This document shows, in pieces, positions 11,924-26,350 of a stretch of DNA of 64,000 nucleotides. Positions within the stretch are counted from its first letter, which is position 1; each line of letters starts with the position of its first letter. The stretch spans positions 15,996,001-16,060,000 of the forward strand of contig CAIIXF020000001.1 in NCBI GenBank assembly GCA_903813345.2, written 5' to 3'. The notes below the pieces were generated by a model. It was not told the origin of the DNA and did no database searches. It was given only the letters and a program-made list of their open reading frames with translations. Source of the DNA: Owenia fusiformis (Eukaryota). The position numbers and the translations under genes were made by a program.

Positions 11924-13778
11924 TTGAACCTAATTTGCCCAAACCTCATGTTTGCTGAAGTCCGAGTATTTGTAGGATTCCGAGTTCAAATGTCGGGGTG
12001 TTAATGATTCTGAAAGAATTTTTGGCCAGGCCAAACATCGAATTAGAACAACACCAATCTATTTGCAGAAAACTTTCTTAAAGGGATGAGAAGTCTGACT
12101 TGTTTATCTCAGATGGTTATCAGTTATGTTAAGAGCAATGGTCAATGAACAGTTACCATGTTTACACTCCTGAAAAGGGTACTGAGGAGACTGGGGGCGT
12201 AAAAAGGCTACAGACCTATCGGTGAAACAATTAAACGACAATAACATTCTAAACCAAACAAATAGTAATGATATAATAAATAGAGGCATGCAGCGATCTC
12301 GTTCAGGAAACATTCCAGTTCTATAAAGAGAGAATGCAACCAGGCACTGTTTTATAATGCAAAAAGCCTATTAGAATGTCTGGGAGGAATAGATCAAAAG
12401 TACAGTTAGCTAATGAATGCAAATCAGATTGTTTTCCCAAGCATTGAACGTGATCAGTAAACAATTTTCTGACAATAGTATAATAGTTACGCCCGAGTCA
12501 CATTTGCTCCGATTCATCAATATACAATAATCCTTGACTGTTTTACTTCACAACCATTTCTGGGAACACTGATAATGCATGTTTGTTAAAATATTATGCC
12601 CCAAATCTATAAAAAATGTCTTTGGTTAGTTAGATGAGGGGAGGCCATGTAATGCAACAGTAAAGAAGCTAACTATATCCCATTGTCTCCTGAAGGAGTA
12701 GTCTCTATCTCCTTACCTAGATAAGGCTCTCCCTTCCACCTTAATGACATCCCCTGTGTATATCTCATGTACATTGTAAACACATGTACATACATGTGAG
12801 CTTGCATTCCCAAAATGTATACAATACATAATACCATACTGAACCCTGCCTTTCTTTCACAAAGACACTGTCAAAATAAATAAATAAAAAATATCCAAGG
12901 CCTACCTCTCTTCCTATTACCATGATGCTGTTTTATCTAATGTAATAGTAGTTCATCAACTCACTCTTTTATTTAAAATGTGATCAAACGTTCAACATCT
13001 CAAATCGAACATCATTGGCTTCTGTTATGTGATGATCAAAGTTAATAATGTCTGGCTTATTTTAATAAAATAGTATCGAAGCCAAATATATGTAACAGCA
13101 AAATGATGCATGCAGGGTGTAGGGGCAACCTTGAAAGATTTCTTGATCTTTGAATTAATTTTATTTTTAATTTTGGATTAAAAAGACATCAATTCTGTTA
13201 ATTTGAATCAGGGATAATTAGTCCTTTTCAATGTGTGATACTTTAGATTAGCTGATTTTTAGACTATACATTGAAAAACATTGAAAAAGTCAAAATGATA
13301 TCAACTTCAGCTGACTTAATCTTTCCAAAATGAAGTGGGTGAGGTTTGTTTCTCTACAGAGTTTGTTTAATACAATTTTAATTTTTTGTTGACTCCATGC
13401 ATACCCAGATCCTTAGACAAACGAAAACATTTCTAATTTGAATTAATTGCAGGACTGGATATTATTTGTGAAATGCCAAGTGTGAGACTTCTATTAACTT
13501 CGCAACAGTTTGGCTGGTTTGGCAGGTAATTTAAAGCCTTGCTGGAGGTGACATTGGTTCCTGACTGATACTTGGGGAGATGTTTATGTTATGCTCCCAA
13601 GAGCATATTTTACTTGATTGTGTGGTTTGTATGCAGTACATGTTACCTTATGTTATTCAGCTGGAAATTAATAAGTCTCATTGGCCAAGTGTGAAAAAAC
13701 AAGCATTAAGTTAATTTACTTATTTCATTAAAGATATCGAGATTTCAAGAGATAATTGGTAAATGTGGCATATACAAT

Positions 13779-13903
13779 AACAAGGCAATAACATGCAAAA
13801 TGCCACAACCTGCCATTTGTTACAAATGCAGAACACCAAACTCCAAAATCTAACTGCTGCCACAAAAAGTGGGAGACAATAACAACTTGTGGTTTTGACA
13901 TAA
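13779..13903 (+). mobile_element. Representative copy of a short (~110-140 bp) interspersed HINE/MITE-like family
   Basis: Consensus head AACAAGGCATTAACATGCAAAATGTCACCACCTGCCATTTGTTACAGA and tail ...GTGGT(n)GACAT. Other copies or fragments start at about 35378, 39152, 44329, 45228, 46146, 49928 and 62630. Confidence 0.75.
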
Positions 13904-16900
13904 AAACCATACTCAAGGATATCATAGCATAATCAAATCACATCCTCAATAGAAAGTCGTTAAAGCCAAAAAGCCCATCAACCTAGGAAGTACTGGTCAA
14001 ACGAGCAAAGTTCAAAAAGTTCCAGAATCAATTATCAAAGAACATGAATATCATCAAGTACTTTGATTAATCAAGAATAGATTGATTTCCATATTCAGAC
14101 ATTGTTTAGTTAAACTGAGAGTATCAAACAAGAGGATTGTGGATCAACTCTACCGTATGCACAATCAGGAAAATTGGAAATCAGATACTTTAATTCCTAC
14201 TTCTTGATCCCCTGTTATAAAAGTTATTAATTTTGGAGACGTCAGCATGAATTATGGACATATTTCAAACTACTGTAATGCTTTAGATCTTGAATCCAGC
14301 AATAGTTATCCAACAAATATATCATTTGAAATTCCAAGTCTGTGTGATTGTCATTTCATAACAAAATTGCTCGATAAAATTCCGATAGATCCTTGCCAAA
14401 TAAATCATGATGTCTATATGGAATCTTTGAAGCAATCTAAATCTTTATTCATTGTGCTTTATACCTCCTCGCTTGAAGTTGGAAAAATAACATTTATCTC
14501 ATCTGAATGGGTTTATTAAGGATCTGAGATTGGGTAATTTGAGCCCATTACTCTAAGGAAGGATAAATATCATTCGTGGGTCAGTTTCTAACTTAATTCG
14601 CTCCAGATTAATATGATTTTATATACACATATTGTTTGACACTGTCCAGTGTTTGAACGCAAATGTTTCTGAAGTAAAGAAGTAACATATGGGCAAAATC
14701 TGGTGATATTCTATTTAAATTCTGGTAAAGTTTTTTAATATAAGGTGAAAAACAAAATCAAACAAAATATCATTTTATGACATTATCATTAATGCATAAT
14801 TATCAAAAAATGCATTCAAAGCTATATTTTCAATACATAATTCTCTGAATAGGAAATACAGTCTAAAATGAAAAAAATACATCAATTAATAAAATCTGAG
14901 GAAAACATAAAAAGTTTGCAATTTCCTTTTAGACAGGAGACAATTCCGACAGAAATGAGTCATGGGTTATTCCAATGTTTTCACCCTCTACTTGAAGTTG
15001 TTAGCAGCCTGGCAAGTGTTGGCGAAGCATGAATGAATGCAATCCATGTGGAAAATACAAGGGCATTCCATATTCAAGAACCCTAGAGATAATGGAATCT
15101 AAAGCCACTGGAGCTAAAGTGATATTCTCTGTGTCCTCAATAAAAGACTTTTACCCTATGGTCATCATGTAATTCACTAACCCCTTACTTGGACAAAATG
15201 TTTAAACCAATCAGAAAGCAACGAAGAGCGAGACTAATAATATGTCTGCAAATACCCTGTAAGGAGAACCATCTTTGAGGAATGACCTGATTGGCAATTT
15301 TAGATGTTTATCAGTAGTGAAAGAATGTGAGACAAATACCATTACTCGAGCAAAAGGGTAAAAAAGACACCTAGCTAAGGCTCCAAACTATATAACACGT
15401 TACTTTCTACTAATGTTTATGTAATTAATAGATAATCAATTACCAGGCATTAGTAGCAGACAACAGGCAATAACAACCCTATATGAACGAGTTGATTTTT
15501 TGAACCATCCATATTTTTATTGCACTAGGTCTACATACTCATATCTAATGCAACTAATGGTTTAACAAAGGTTTATAGGGAAATCAACCTTTTCCATTCA
15601 AATGAATTTGGACAATGAATAGATTATTTGGCCCACCTTGTACAGCATCATATACCTTTATATTTAGAAATTAAAGTACATTTTTATCATTTAGATGTGA
15701 TACATCTTCATCTCTATCTAATACTGCATATGCTCATTAATGCACAGTGTGCATTACATCATAGGGCTCATTGGAATCCTGTGATTATTTTTATCAACCT
15801 TAGAACCTTTAAGAGGCTGGAGCAAGTAAATTCTGTGTTAAGTAGTATTTTGATGATAAATCACACATTTTTGTCAATGTAGATGGCATACGCTAGCATT
15901 GCATTCTCTGAAAGTAGTCTCTGCACCCAATGGGGAATATTCAGAATAAACTTACTAATATATTGGAACAAGGAAGAGAAGGGCAGGTGTCTCATCCTAT
16001 GTCCAATGTGGAAATCGAACCTGGGAATACAATCCTAATGTAGCACCAATGTTAGGTCCTAATCAATATGTATTTTTTTTAATAGGAATGGAGGATATGT
16101 TAACAGTTCATTTATTTATCCTAAGTTCATTTGTAACTTGGACAACACAATCCATGAGAAGTAGTAATACTGTACCTCTAGTGAACAGTGCATCCAAAGT
16201 GCATATATTGACCCGAATAACAAAGGCCTTTGATTGCAGAAGTGGTAAAGGGATCTTCAGTTACCAATAAATTATCTCCGCATCATGGAAAATAGTGCAA
16301 TTGTTTTATTTTATATTTATGGGATACGTTATGAATAATTTAATTCAATGCAATGTAGGTTTTGTCCTCTCACGTAACATAAGAAGATGACCATTTGTCT
16401 TGCTCTCGTTGGCTCGCTGTATTGAATAAGATTTGTATCAAAGTAAATGCTGCAAAGGATTTCTGCCCCGCTACAATTGATTTTTATAGTTACGGCAAGT
16501 GTGGTATTGTTCAATACAGAGCTCTCTTATTATAAAGAGAATTACTGATGGCTGATATATCGGATGTGAAGGAAGAAACTATTCAAAGGATTTCAAGGAA
16601 CTTGTACTTGGAACCATGTTTACATAAGACTCCAGAGATAACTGAACATTCTCCTATGTTTCATATCATAACCAAATGCTCCTGTATTTCATCAGCCGAG
16701 ACCTCACGGAAGTGTGAATACTCTTGAACAGGTTACCATTCATCAAATTACATTATCAAATACTTTTAGGTTTTTAACTAAATGCTTCTTGTCCGACAGT
16801 TACGATCTTGACTACAAGAACCTATTTATCAACCCATGAGGAAGTTATGAGCACATATCAAGTCTAAGAGATAACCCGAGATAAAACCTATAATCCAAAA

Positions 16901-17463
16901 AAGAATGTTGATTCAAAAAACAGAAAATATCCATTAAATGGTAAATAAATATCCTAGTTTGCCCTAAGCCTAATATGTAATTGAAAAGACAGTTAGCGAG
17001 TGGTCAGTATTGTTAAGATAACCATGAGTTCTTTACTAGTGGTGCTCTTCTCTATTTCGTCCAAGAAGCTTGAAATGCCTGAGATGTTTGAAACTGATCT
17101 TAGCCTAGTACAACAAACACCTGATTTGGAACACATATCCACACCTGAATGATAGGTTGATATAATCACCTGACTTCATTTTTTCAATATATGAGCCAGG
17201 CCACAGGAAAAGGGGTCTTATCACAGATTTTTCAATATTTTGTTTTTTGTTTATCTTAAAAAGCACAAAAAGACCTTTCAAATGAGCCATGACTTATTTA
17301 ATTTAGCACATTTTCCTCTTAATCTTGGGCACATTTTTGGCTCTGTAGCACAATTCTAATTTTTGTGATAAGACCGGTTTTCCTATGGCAAGGCTCATAT
17401 GTACTTGTAGCTAAGCTTTGGCTGTAAGACTTAATTGGAAATACTGAAAACATTTCTACTCAC

Positions 17464-17540
17464 GGATGAAGGTGTCTTAGCCACTGTCTTTGGTTTCTGG
17501 GCTGGTTTGGGTTTGGCAAAAGGATCTGAGCCTTCTTTAG
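17464..17540 (-). CDS. PLEKHG5: PLEKHG5-like RhoGEF internal exon (77 nt, phase 1 to 0): (A)KEGSDPFAKPKPAQKPKTVAKTPSS
   Basis: Acceptor ttttgtttgttcttgcag and donor GTGAGT; the open frame joins the upstream exon ending ...IVK G|. Confidence 0.75.
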
Positions 17541-20118
17541 CTGCAAGAACAAACAAAACACATTTAATCAATCCACGATGAACAAATCTTAATTAATTCA
17601 AACATATTCATGGTAAATGTGGAGAGACATTCATATCACTGTGAACAGAGTAGGATATGTGCCCTTTTACCATGACATCTTCCATGGTATTGTCCTAATA
17701 ATGCTATGTCAAGTCTAGTGATGAAGCGGGCATTGCCCTTTCATTCACAACTGGAAAAAATTCTAACAAATTAAATTCTTTGAATTATTTGCGATGTTAG
17801 GATGATTTCACTGTGGTATGAGGCCTGTTATGTTGGATTGCATTAGATATACTGATTTAGCAGCTTCTCTTAGCAATGCCTGAGAAAGAAGGGATGACAC
17901 AGTTTAGCATTTTGGTACAAATATATTACTTTATATAAAAATACTCATAATTACTCTATGGTCATTCATGGCACCACAAAGCAGTGGGAACTCTTGTTAT
18001 AGCCACCATCTATTGCAATGGTCAGTATCTTGTTAGCGGCAAATGTACCAATTGTTATGACAGAATGTCTTGTTAGACCTTGTTGTAGACCATATATAAT
18101 ATGATTATGATATGTGTCATAAATGTCAAATCTGATTATATATCCAAATTAGATCACTGATGAAATATGTAATTAAACATCAAAACACATTAGGACTCGT
18201 GTTATTACTGAGGTCAAGAAAATATTACTTGATGTTGAATGATACACAAAATGTGGGAAAATGTGTAATGATCATGATTTCCCCAGCTTTGAAGCAAGTG
18301 GGTACTGCACCTGCTTGAGATTTTAAAAACAGGCTACCCATTGAAGAATCTATTTGCACCCACTTGAAAATGAAAAAATCATGAAAAATTAGCCTAGTTT
18401 GACCTTTGGTCTAAAATGTGAAAATAAGAATTTTGCACTCACTTGAGAACGACATTCTGGAGAGAACACATTTAACATAGAAGATAAAGTTATATTCACA
18501 ATCTAACTGTCAATATGTGCTTGATAGTAATAGTGGGTGTTCTTTCCATCATGCATTTGTTTCAGTGAAGCTGCTTTATAAGATAACAAATTGAATTTAA
18601 TTACAAATCCATCAAGTTTTGAGCAATTAGTTAAAGTTTGCGGATTATATGGGAGTTGGAGATCCATTGACATTTAAAGTAATGAAACGACTCCAGAATT
18701 GCATAAAAATTCTTCATGGCACTGCTGTTTTATTAAAATAATACACGTAGAATTTGTTATGAACAAGATCGCGGCTATAAATGCTAGGATTTAATGTAAG
18801 TGATAACAATATATATCTCAGAAAAGACCGATATTTCAACCAAATAGACCAAGATTACATCGAGTGGAATGGATTCAATATGGTTTCAATTATCCCATAT
18901 GAGTTATAGTTTTAGTTTATGATATATGAATACTGAGTAGTTTAGAGATTATGAACGTATGACAACATTAGAAAAAACTTCCGTACTTACTCATATGCAT
19001 GATCAAAAAAATACAAAGATAAAATTATACGCTCTTTATCAGATCCAAATCTTGAAAACAGGTTTTGGAAGATTTGACTGAAAGCAACCATTCTTAGGAC
19101 ACAAATGATGCAACCTTGGAAAAAATGGTCCGAAGACAGAAAGGTATATTGGCGAGGCCCTTCAAAGGGTAATCAAATCCTCTAAAGCACCCATGAGGCA
19201 CAAATGTAACCCATTACATAAATAGTCAAAGCAGGATTTATATTGCAGATAACATAATTAAAGGATGACTTTCCAGATTAAATAAGATTGAATAGAATCC
19301 ACCAATAATAATACGAAGTGCATATTGTATTCAATTGGTTAAAACTGAAAAAAACTCATAAATCTTTCGAACCATTCAGTTTAATTAACCCTTTAGTGCT
19401 GCAAAAAAAGATACGTAAAAAGTCAACCAGCACTATCAAACACATATATTCTTTCTACCCTATCTATCCTTCCCACATCTGATTTACGAAGGATCAGAAC
19501 TAACTAAACTGAGACAATTGATCGTGATATGAAAATTTCAATGTGTAAGTTTCAATTACTGTGAGGCAATTAGTGCCAAGTTAAACATTGCAGATGAATA
19601 TTTAATCTAATATTGGCACTCAATGCTCTTATGCTATTCTATTCAATCTTTCTGTGTCAGAATTACCCCTCTTTTCAACAAAAAATCAATCTAAGATTAT
19701 TTAATTTGGGATGGATTATTGGGAGCGTGAATTCTAGTAGTACAGAAAGACCTGTAAAATGGAACATTAAAATGAACGCCTTCTTCATTAAGCTAAATAC
19801 CAATTAATCCTAGCCTTTGATAATTTAATCTTTACTTTGATATCCTTTTAAGGTTGAATTCATTATATTTCTTAAGATATTTCCCCCTTTCTATCCCTAA
19901 GGGATTTTACAGGTATGAAATGTCATTGTTAATGAAAGAGAAGATTTAGCATGTCTAATATACATATCTCAAATGTGATAAATCCTAATTGTTATCTCAA
20001 AAAACTCTCAGAAGACTCAAAACATCAGATCACTTCATATAATTGAAAATAATAGTTTCCTTTGATTACTCTGGGAGCATCTTGATGGACATTAATAAGA
20101 AAGAATGTGTCGCAATAC

Positions 20119-20344
20119 CAGGAGCAGCTGTTGCAGATGTTGGTGATGTCAGGTCTTGGACTACAGCTGCTGCCAATCCAGGCCCCACCTGATGTAAGTC
20201 CTTTATGAGCATGCCCACTATGCTGCTTTTACGACGTACATGTTCCACGTCTAGGGCAACAGGAAGTGTCTTCCGTCTTCCATAGCGATCTTTTAATGAG
20301 TCCATAATGCTGGTTTTACATGGATCTATCACTCCACTGTACAT
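20119..20344 (-). CDS. Candidate alternative first coding exon (MYSGVIDPCK...RRKTLP...RRKSSIV...TSATAAP, phase 1)
   Basis: ATG-initiated, protein-like frame of 75 codons + 1 nt. Donor CTG|GTATTG is in the phase needed to join the exon at 17540. Confidence 0.55.
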
Positions 20345-22499
20345 GCAACGTTTCTACTGTCTGTCCAAAATAATTATCCGAAAGAACAATCAGCCAGATC
20401 CTTCTCAGAAAAATCAGCTTCCAGTTGAACTTTTTTCTTAATTTTTGTACAATTGCATCACTAAAAATATAACTTAGTTCACGATAATAGCCTCCAGGAT
20501 AATCCGGTTGTTATATTTCCAAGTTTCAGTCTTGAATGATATCTGTCTCTAAACCTCTATTAATCTTCGGTTTTAACTTGGGTCATTTAATTCATTTCCA
20601 GTTTCATCCATCCTAGCTGAGTTATTTGCGCGAATAAAGTACGAGATTGCCATTGCTCGTGTGGAATTGAGCCATTGTCACTCCATAAATGTCACTAAAT
20701 TACATCTGCCGGTTATAAAATCACTGAAATGATTTTGCACTGCCAACATGACCTGTTTCACTTGAATTGAATTATCGTTATAAATAGTTTTCTAATTTTG
20801 TATATGGATTTCCAGGGTAATTAGATATCTATACCTATCTGCACTTTGTCAGTATTTACCAATATGCGGGTACAAAGTTGTTCATATATACTAAGAGTTT
20901 CCAATAAATTGATTATAGCCTTGATGTTTCTTTCATTATGTAAAATTTCTGCAAAAGAAATGATATAATACTAATTACATTACGATGCATTCTATTCGTA
21001 AAACCATCCTTCTTGACATAAAGCACGGAGTATCCAGTCACTACTTCAAGCAGAAGGGCTCCTTCATAATTCGAACGCAACCAATTTGGAGTCTCTCTGT
21101 ATGAATAAAAAGTGTGCTTTTATCTCCTAGCTAGGTTTGGCAATGCAATAAATAATCGCATATACATGTGTGAGTATTCCCTCTTATAGATCCTCTTTCA
21201 AATACCACACTTTTAAATTAAGCTGTTCCAATCCGATAACTGAAAGATGTTTGCTAAGTCCCACTCTTTCAATTTAAAATAACATGTATGAATTAGAAAA
21301 GTTTGCCGATGACCGACAAATGGTCTACATGACAAATACTATATGTTTTACATATGGCATATCATAATAAATTCCTGCATTTCATCCTTTATTATTTTTT
21401 ATTTTTTATCTGACTACAATAGCCAAAAAATGTTTCGTGATAAATCAAGAACCAACGCCATATACATAGATTCACCCCACTTTAGTTTGTTTTCCTTAAA
21501 TAATGAGTGCCAGGAAATTAAAACATCAGCGTTAATTTGTAAAGTTGAGTTTGAGCATTTTATGCTCTACGTTACGATTATCTACGCTGAAAGTGATTTA
21601 TCCTCATGAATGTTCTAACCGATATGTCACTTCCTTCTTTACTGGGAACCGACATATCAACCAGCATCAGATAAGTAATGCGGACATATAGAAACGTCAA
21701 TACAATGTCAGTATTTTCTATCCAGTAGTAGCTAGGGACACTATTAGGTAAGCTGTGGTATTGATTGTGGTAGCAGTTCTTTTAGCTTAAATAGGCCGCT
21801 ACAGGTGCCTGAGTTGCTAGTCACTTTAAAGAGCATGCAACTAAATATAGATCTCTTTTAATCAAGGAATGTTTGCCTAAATTGACAGCCTTGCATATTC
21901 ATTGTATTTGTGATGCAGCTATTTTGGTGAGTCTGAATGCGAAAAATGCAACTAGACAGTACTATAGTGAATGCAACTTTAATTTAAAGACAGGCGCAAT
22001 CATCTTAAGTGTCACTGAGTTTCTGTTATAATTATAGAAAATGATTCTGGGTCACTCTGCTCTATTTGTTATATGATGCCAACTGAAGTTCCGGATCAGA
22101 TATCCCAGTGAATGATGGTCGGCTAAAAATCCACAGTTTAATGGAATCACTCTGCTAATTGAACCTTTTGATCATAAATTAAGCTTTTGGATCACTGACT
22201 CCTTAATTGCTTCCTCTCATCGTCAATCTCCGCATTGTTAATCTCCTAGGTGATCTTAATAGAGTAACCGCCTCCATATAGCATATATTCAACTAAAATC
22301 AGGCACTTATACTGGCCAAAATATATAAATTAAATCATATTTGGCTGAGTCTTGATCCATAAATGCATACATATTTATCAGCAATATTTTTCTGCATAAT
22401 TCCTGATATCATTTCATAGAGCTAGGTTAACTTGTCATTTTATACTACTGTATACTGAATGAAACACTTTTACTGCTGTGGCAAACAATTGTCCCTGTC

Positions 22500-23332
22500 T
22501 CTAACAGCTACAGTGTTTGTGTAATTGTTTCCAAATCTCACAGCTACAAAGTTTGTGTAATTGTTTCTGAATCTAATAGCTACAGTGTTTGTGTAATTGT
22601 TCCTGAATCTAACAGCTACAGTGTTTGTGTAATTGTTCCTGAATCTAACAGCTACAGTGTTTGTGTAATTGTTTCCAAATCTCACAGCTACAAAGTTTGT
22701 GTAATTATTTCTGAATCTAACAGCTACAGTGTTTGTGTAATTGTTCCTGAATCTAACAGCTACAGTGTTTGTGTAATTGTTTCCAAATCTCACAGCTACA
22801 AAGTTTGTGTAATTGTTTCTGAATCTAATAGCTACAGTGTTTGTGTAATTGTTTCCAAATCTCACAGCTACAAAGTTTGTGTAATTATTTCTGAATCTAA
22901 CAGCTACAGTGTTTGTGTAATTGTTCCTGAATCTAACAGCTACAGTGTTTGTGTAATTGTTCCTGAATCTAACAGCTACAGTGTTTGTGTAATTGTTCCT
23001 GAATCTAACAGCTACAGTGTTTGTGTAATTGTTCCTGAATCTAACAGCTACACAGCATTTGTGTAATTGTTTCAGAATCTAACAGCTACACAGCATTTGT
23101 GTAATTGTTCCTGAATCTAACAGCTACAGTGTTTGTGTAATTGTTTCTGAATCTAACAGCTACAGTGTTTGTGTAATTGTTCCTGAATCTAATAGCTACA
23201 GTGTTTGTGTAATTGTTCCTGAATCTAACAGCTACAGTGTTTGTGTAATTGTTTCAGAATCTAACAGCTACACAGCATTTGTGTAATTGTTTCTGAATCT
23301 AACACCTAGAGTATTTGTGTGTGTAATTGTTC
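22500..23332. repeat. 36-bp minisatellite (about 23 copies)
   Basis: Unit AATCTAACAGCTACAGTGTTTGTGTAATTGTTCCTG, with a few 38-bp variants. Confidence 0.95.
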
Positions 23333-23797
23333 CTTGGGTCACATCTAAATGACATTTATTAAATGTTCCTACATGGCCCCCATGAGGCTAGACAGCGAGA
23401 TTATCATCAAATATCAAATCCTCTCCCTCAATGTGAAATGAATCCATAGGCCTATTATATTCCAGAGGGGAATACACATGTGAATCGAATTAAAAGGTCA
23501 GTGTCAGATTTTAATCTCTTTTATTAGTTATTTTCCAAAGCTAAATCAAAATATTTTCATTTGGAATAACATTTCTATATTTGACTCAACCTGTATAAAA
23601 ATAGCTGAATATATTATTTCTTTGTTGAAATCCAGATTGTAACCGTGTTTACAAACATAAAGCTTCGGCTTATTGCTAGTATATGGTGAGCACCATTAAT
23701 TGGTTCAGAGGTTTCAATAATTCATACTCAAGTCTTATTTTCCCTGAAGATGATATCATCATTAGGATATTCAAAATATCTTGTTATACCTCTAATA

Positions 23798-24298
23798 GAA
23801 TGGTATGTAACATTCAATGGTAGGGTGTGCAATATATTCAATGGTAGGGTGTGCAATATATTCAATGGTAGTGTGCAACACATTCAATGGTAGGGTGTGC
23901 ATCTCATTCAATGGTAGGGTATGCAATATTTTCAAAGGTAGGATGTGCAACTCATTCAATGGTAGGGTGTGCAATATATTCAATGGTAGGATGTGCAACA
24001 CATTCAATGGTAGGGCGTGCATCTCATTCAATGGTAGGGTTTGCAATATATTCAATGGTAGGGTGTGCAACACATTCAATTGTAGGGTGTGCAATATAAT
24101 CAGTGGTAGGATGTGTAACACATTCAATGGTAAGGTATGCAATACATTCAATGGTAGGATGTGCATCACATTCAATGGTAGGGTGTGCAATATATTCAAT
24201 GGTAGGATGTGCATCACATTCAATGGTAGGGTGTGCAACATATTTAATGCTAAGGTTTGCAGCATACTCAATGGTAGGGTATAGTAACATATTCCATG
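23798..24298. repeat. 24-bp minisatellite (about 20 copies)
   Basis: Unit ATTCAATGGTAGGGTGTGCAATAT; it produces the 8-aa periodic ORFs in the ORF track. Confidence 0.95.
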
Positions 24299-25181
24299 GG
24301 CAAATGCAAAACTATTTTGAGACAATTGGACTTCCTGTAGCAGATTAAAACATATAAAGTAATAATAATTATTCATGTATAATTTATTTGCTTTCAGCAT
24401 CAAGGTTTTATTAAATAAATAAAGCCAACTAAGTAAAGCATAATTGAAATTGAGCCAATTTAATAAAATCTACAATTCCCCAGGACAGATATCGATATCG
24501 GTACTATTCTAGAATACTCTGATTGCTATACTATACTTCAATACACAATCACTCGTAAGGGCCTTGAATTATTGTTATTTCGCTGTATGAGGTTCTATAT
24601 GTTACATCAATCGGGAGCAAAAAGTCAATACAGCCATTGTTTGTCTCTTCGATTACATCACAATTGAGATGTAACTTACTGGAATTTATCTGAGAATCAA
24701 ATCGCTAATTTGGGGTCTCAAAATTGATCTGAGATCTCCGAGCCATTACTATACTAGTCTTTACTAGTCTCCTGGGATAGGTCTTAGCTCGGCAATTCAT
24801 ATTTCTCATGAAAATAAGAATATTAAGGGGAGACTAACAGTGTTTGAATGACAGTCAACTGAGTCTGTCTATCCTTGCAATTGAGTGATTTGTTATTAGA
24901 GAGAAAGTATATTCGCTAATAGCAACACGTACTAGGGTTTACCTAATGAGTAGGAAGCACTTTATTAGGAGCAAGTTATGGGGTGTGTAAATGTGCCAAG
25001 GGAAAAACTGGGACCTGGATGCCATCAAATCTGGCCTAATATACAAAAATTTACGTCAGAATGTGACGCAAATTGCTATGAATGCATCGTAAAACATTAC
25101 AAAGCACATGTACTACGTATTACTATAATGTATTTTCTTTTTTTATTTTTATTTTATTTTTATAAGGCTATAATGCGGGTA

Positions 25182-25305
25182 ATGCCTGGGTCACATTTGT
25201 TCCGATCCAATTGAGTATTCTGTTCGAAACTGAACACAATTGTGAACAGGAAACTCAATCGGCCGGGCGCTGGCCGATGAATCGGAGCAAATGTGACCCA
25301 AGCAT
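25182..25305. mobile_element. Small MITE
   Basis: TIR ATGCCTGGGTCACATTTGTTCCGAT / ATCGGAGCAAATGTGACCCAAGCAT; a related half copy lies at about 12488-12518. Confidence 0.65.
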
Positions 25306-25429
25306 AAGTAACTGCCTTTAGTCCTGATTTGAATTGTTTTTGTCTTTAGTCCAAATTCTCAACAATGATTTTTTGAATAAATGTATCAATCATCCAGCAA
25401 CTATTTGAAATGATAATGCTCTCATTTAC

Positions 25430-26350
25430 TGAGTTGTATGGTTTGCAAATGTCAATCGTGAAATTGCATGCTTTAATTATTGATATTGCATGCTTTATTA
25501 ATGTTGCCAATTACTGAGTTATACACCTAATCAATGCTGCCAATCATAAAGCTGCATGCTTTAACACTGCCAATCATGAGATTGCATGCTTTATTAATGT
25601 TGCTAATTATTGAGTTACATGATTAATCAATGCTGCCAATCATGAAATCGCATGCTTTAACACTGCCAATCATGAGATTGCATGCTATATTAATGCTGCC
25701 AATACTTGAGTTACATGCTTAAGCAATGCTGCCAATCATTAAATTGCATATTTTAACACTGCCAATCATGAGATTGCATGCTTTATTAATATAACCAATT
25801 ATTGAGTTACATGCTTAATCAATGCTGCCAATCATGCATGCTTTAACACTGCCAATCATGATATTGCATTTTTAACACTGCCAATCATTAAATTGCATGT
25901 TTTAACACTGCCAATCATGTGATTGCATACTTTATTAATGCTGCCAATTGTTGAGTTACATGCTTAATCAATGCCAATGCCAATCATACATGCTTTAACA
26001 CTGCCAATCATGCATGCTTTAACAATGCCAATCATTAAATTGCATGTTTTAACACTGCCAATCATGAGATTGCATGCTTTTTTAATGCTGCCAATTATTG
26101 AGTCACATGCTTAATCAATGCTGCCAATCATGCATGCTTTAACACTGCCAATCATTAAATTGCATGTTTTAATACTGCCAATTATCAAGATTGCATGCTT
26201 ATTCAATGCTGCCAATTAATTAAATGATTTTATAATGCTGCAAATTGAGATTAGATGCTTTATTAATACTGCCATTTAGTGGGTTATATGCTTTCTGAAA
26301 GTTAAATAAAAAATATGAAAATTGATGATGATTTATGATGCTGCCAATTT
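25430..26350. repeat. Degenerate compound minisatellite built on TGCCAATCATGAGATTGCATGCTTTA
   Basis: Dozens of tgccaat / gcatgcttta sub-units in variable-length monomers. Confidence 0.9.

Noticed and set aside
13930-15360. Ancient retroelement coding remnant on the minus strand (fragments such as VMGS, FIWQGS, FCPSKGLVNY)
   Set aside because: The motif fragments are too short and interrupted to assign a family (Penelope-like or DIRS-like) without a translated profile search.
1-17463. DH and PH domain exons of the RhoGEF
   Set aside because: Searched by eye and none recognised; they probably lie beyond the left edge of the window.
22470-24403. Long periodic ORFs (RFRNNYTNTVAV; LPLNILHT; several frames)
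   Set aside because: By-products of 36-bp and 24-bp minisatellites; the 24-bp array is open in several frames on both strands, and no splice sites link them to the gene.
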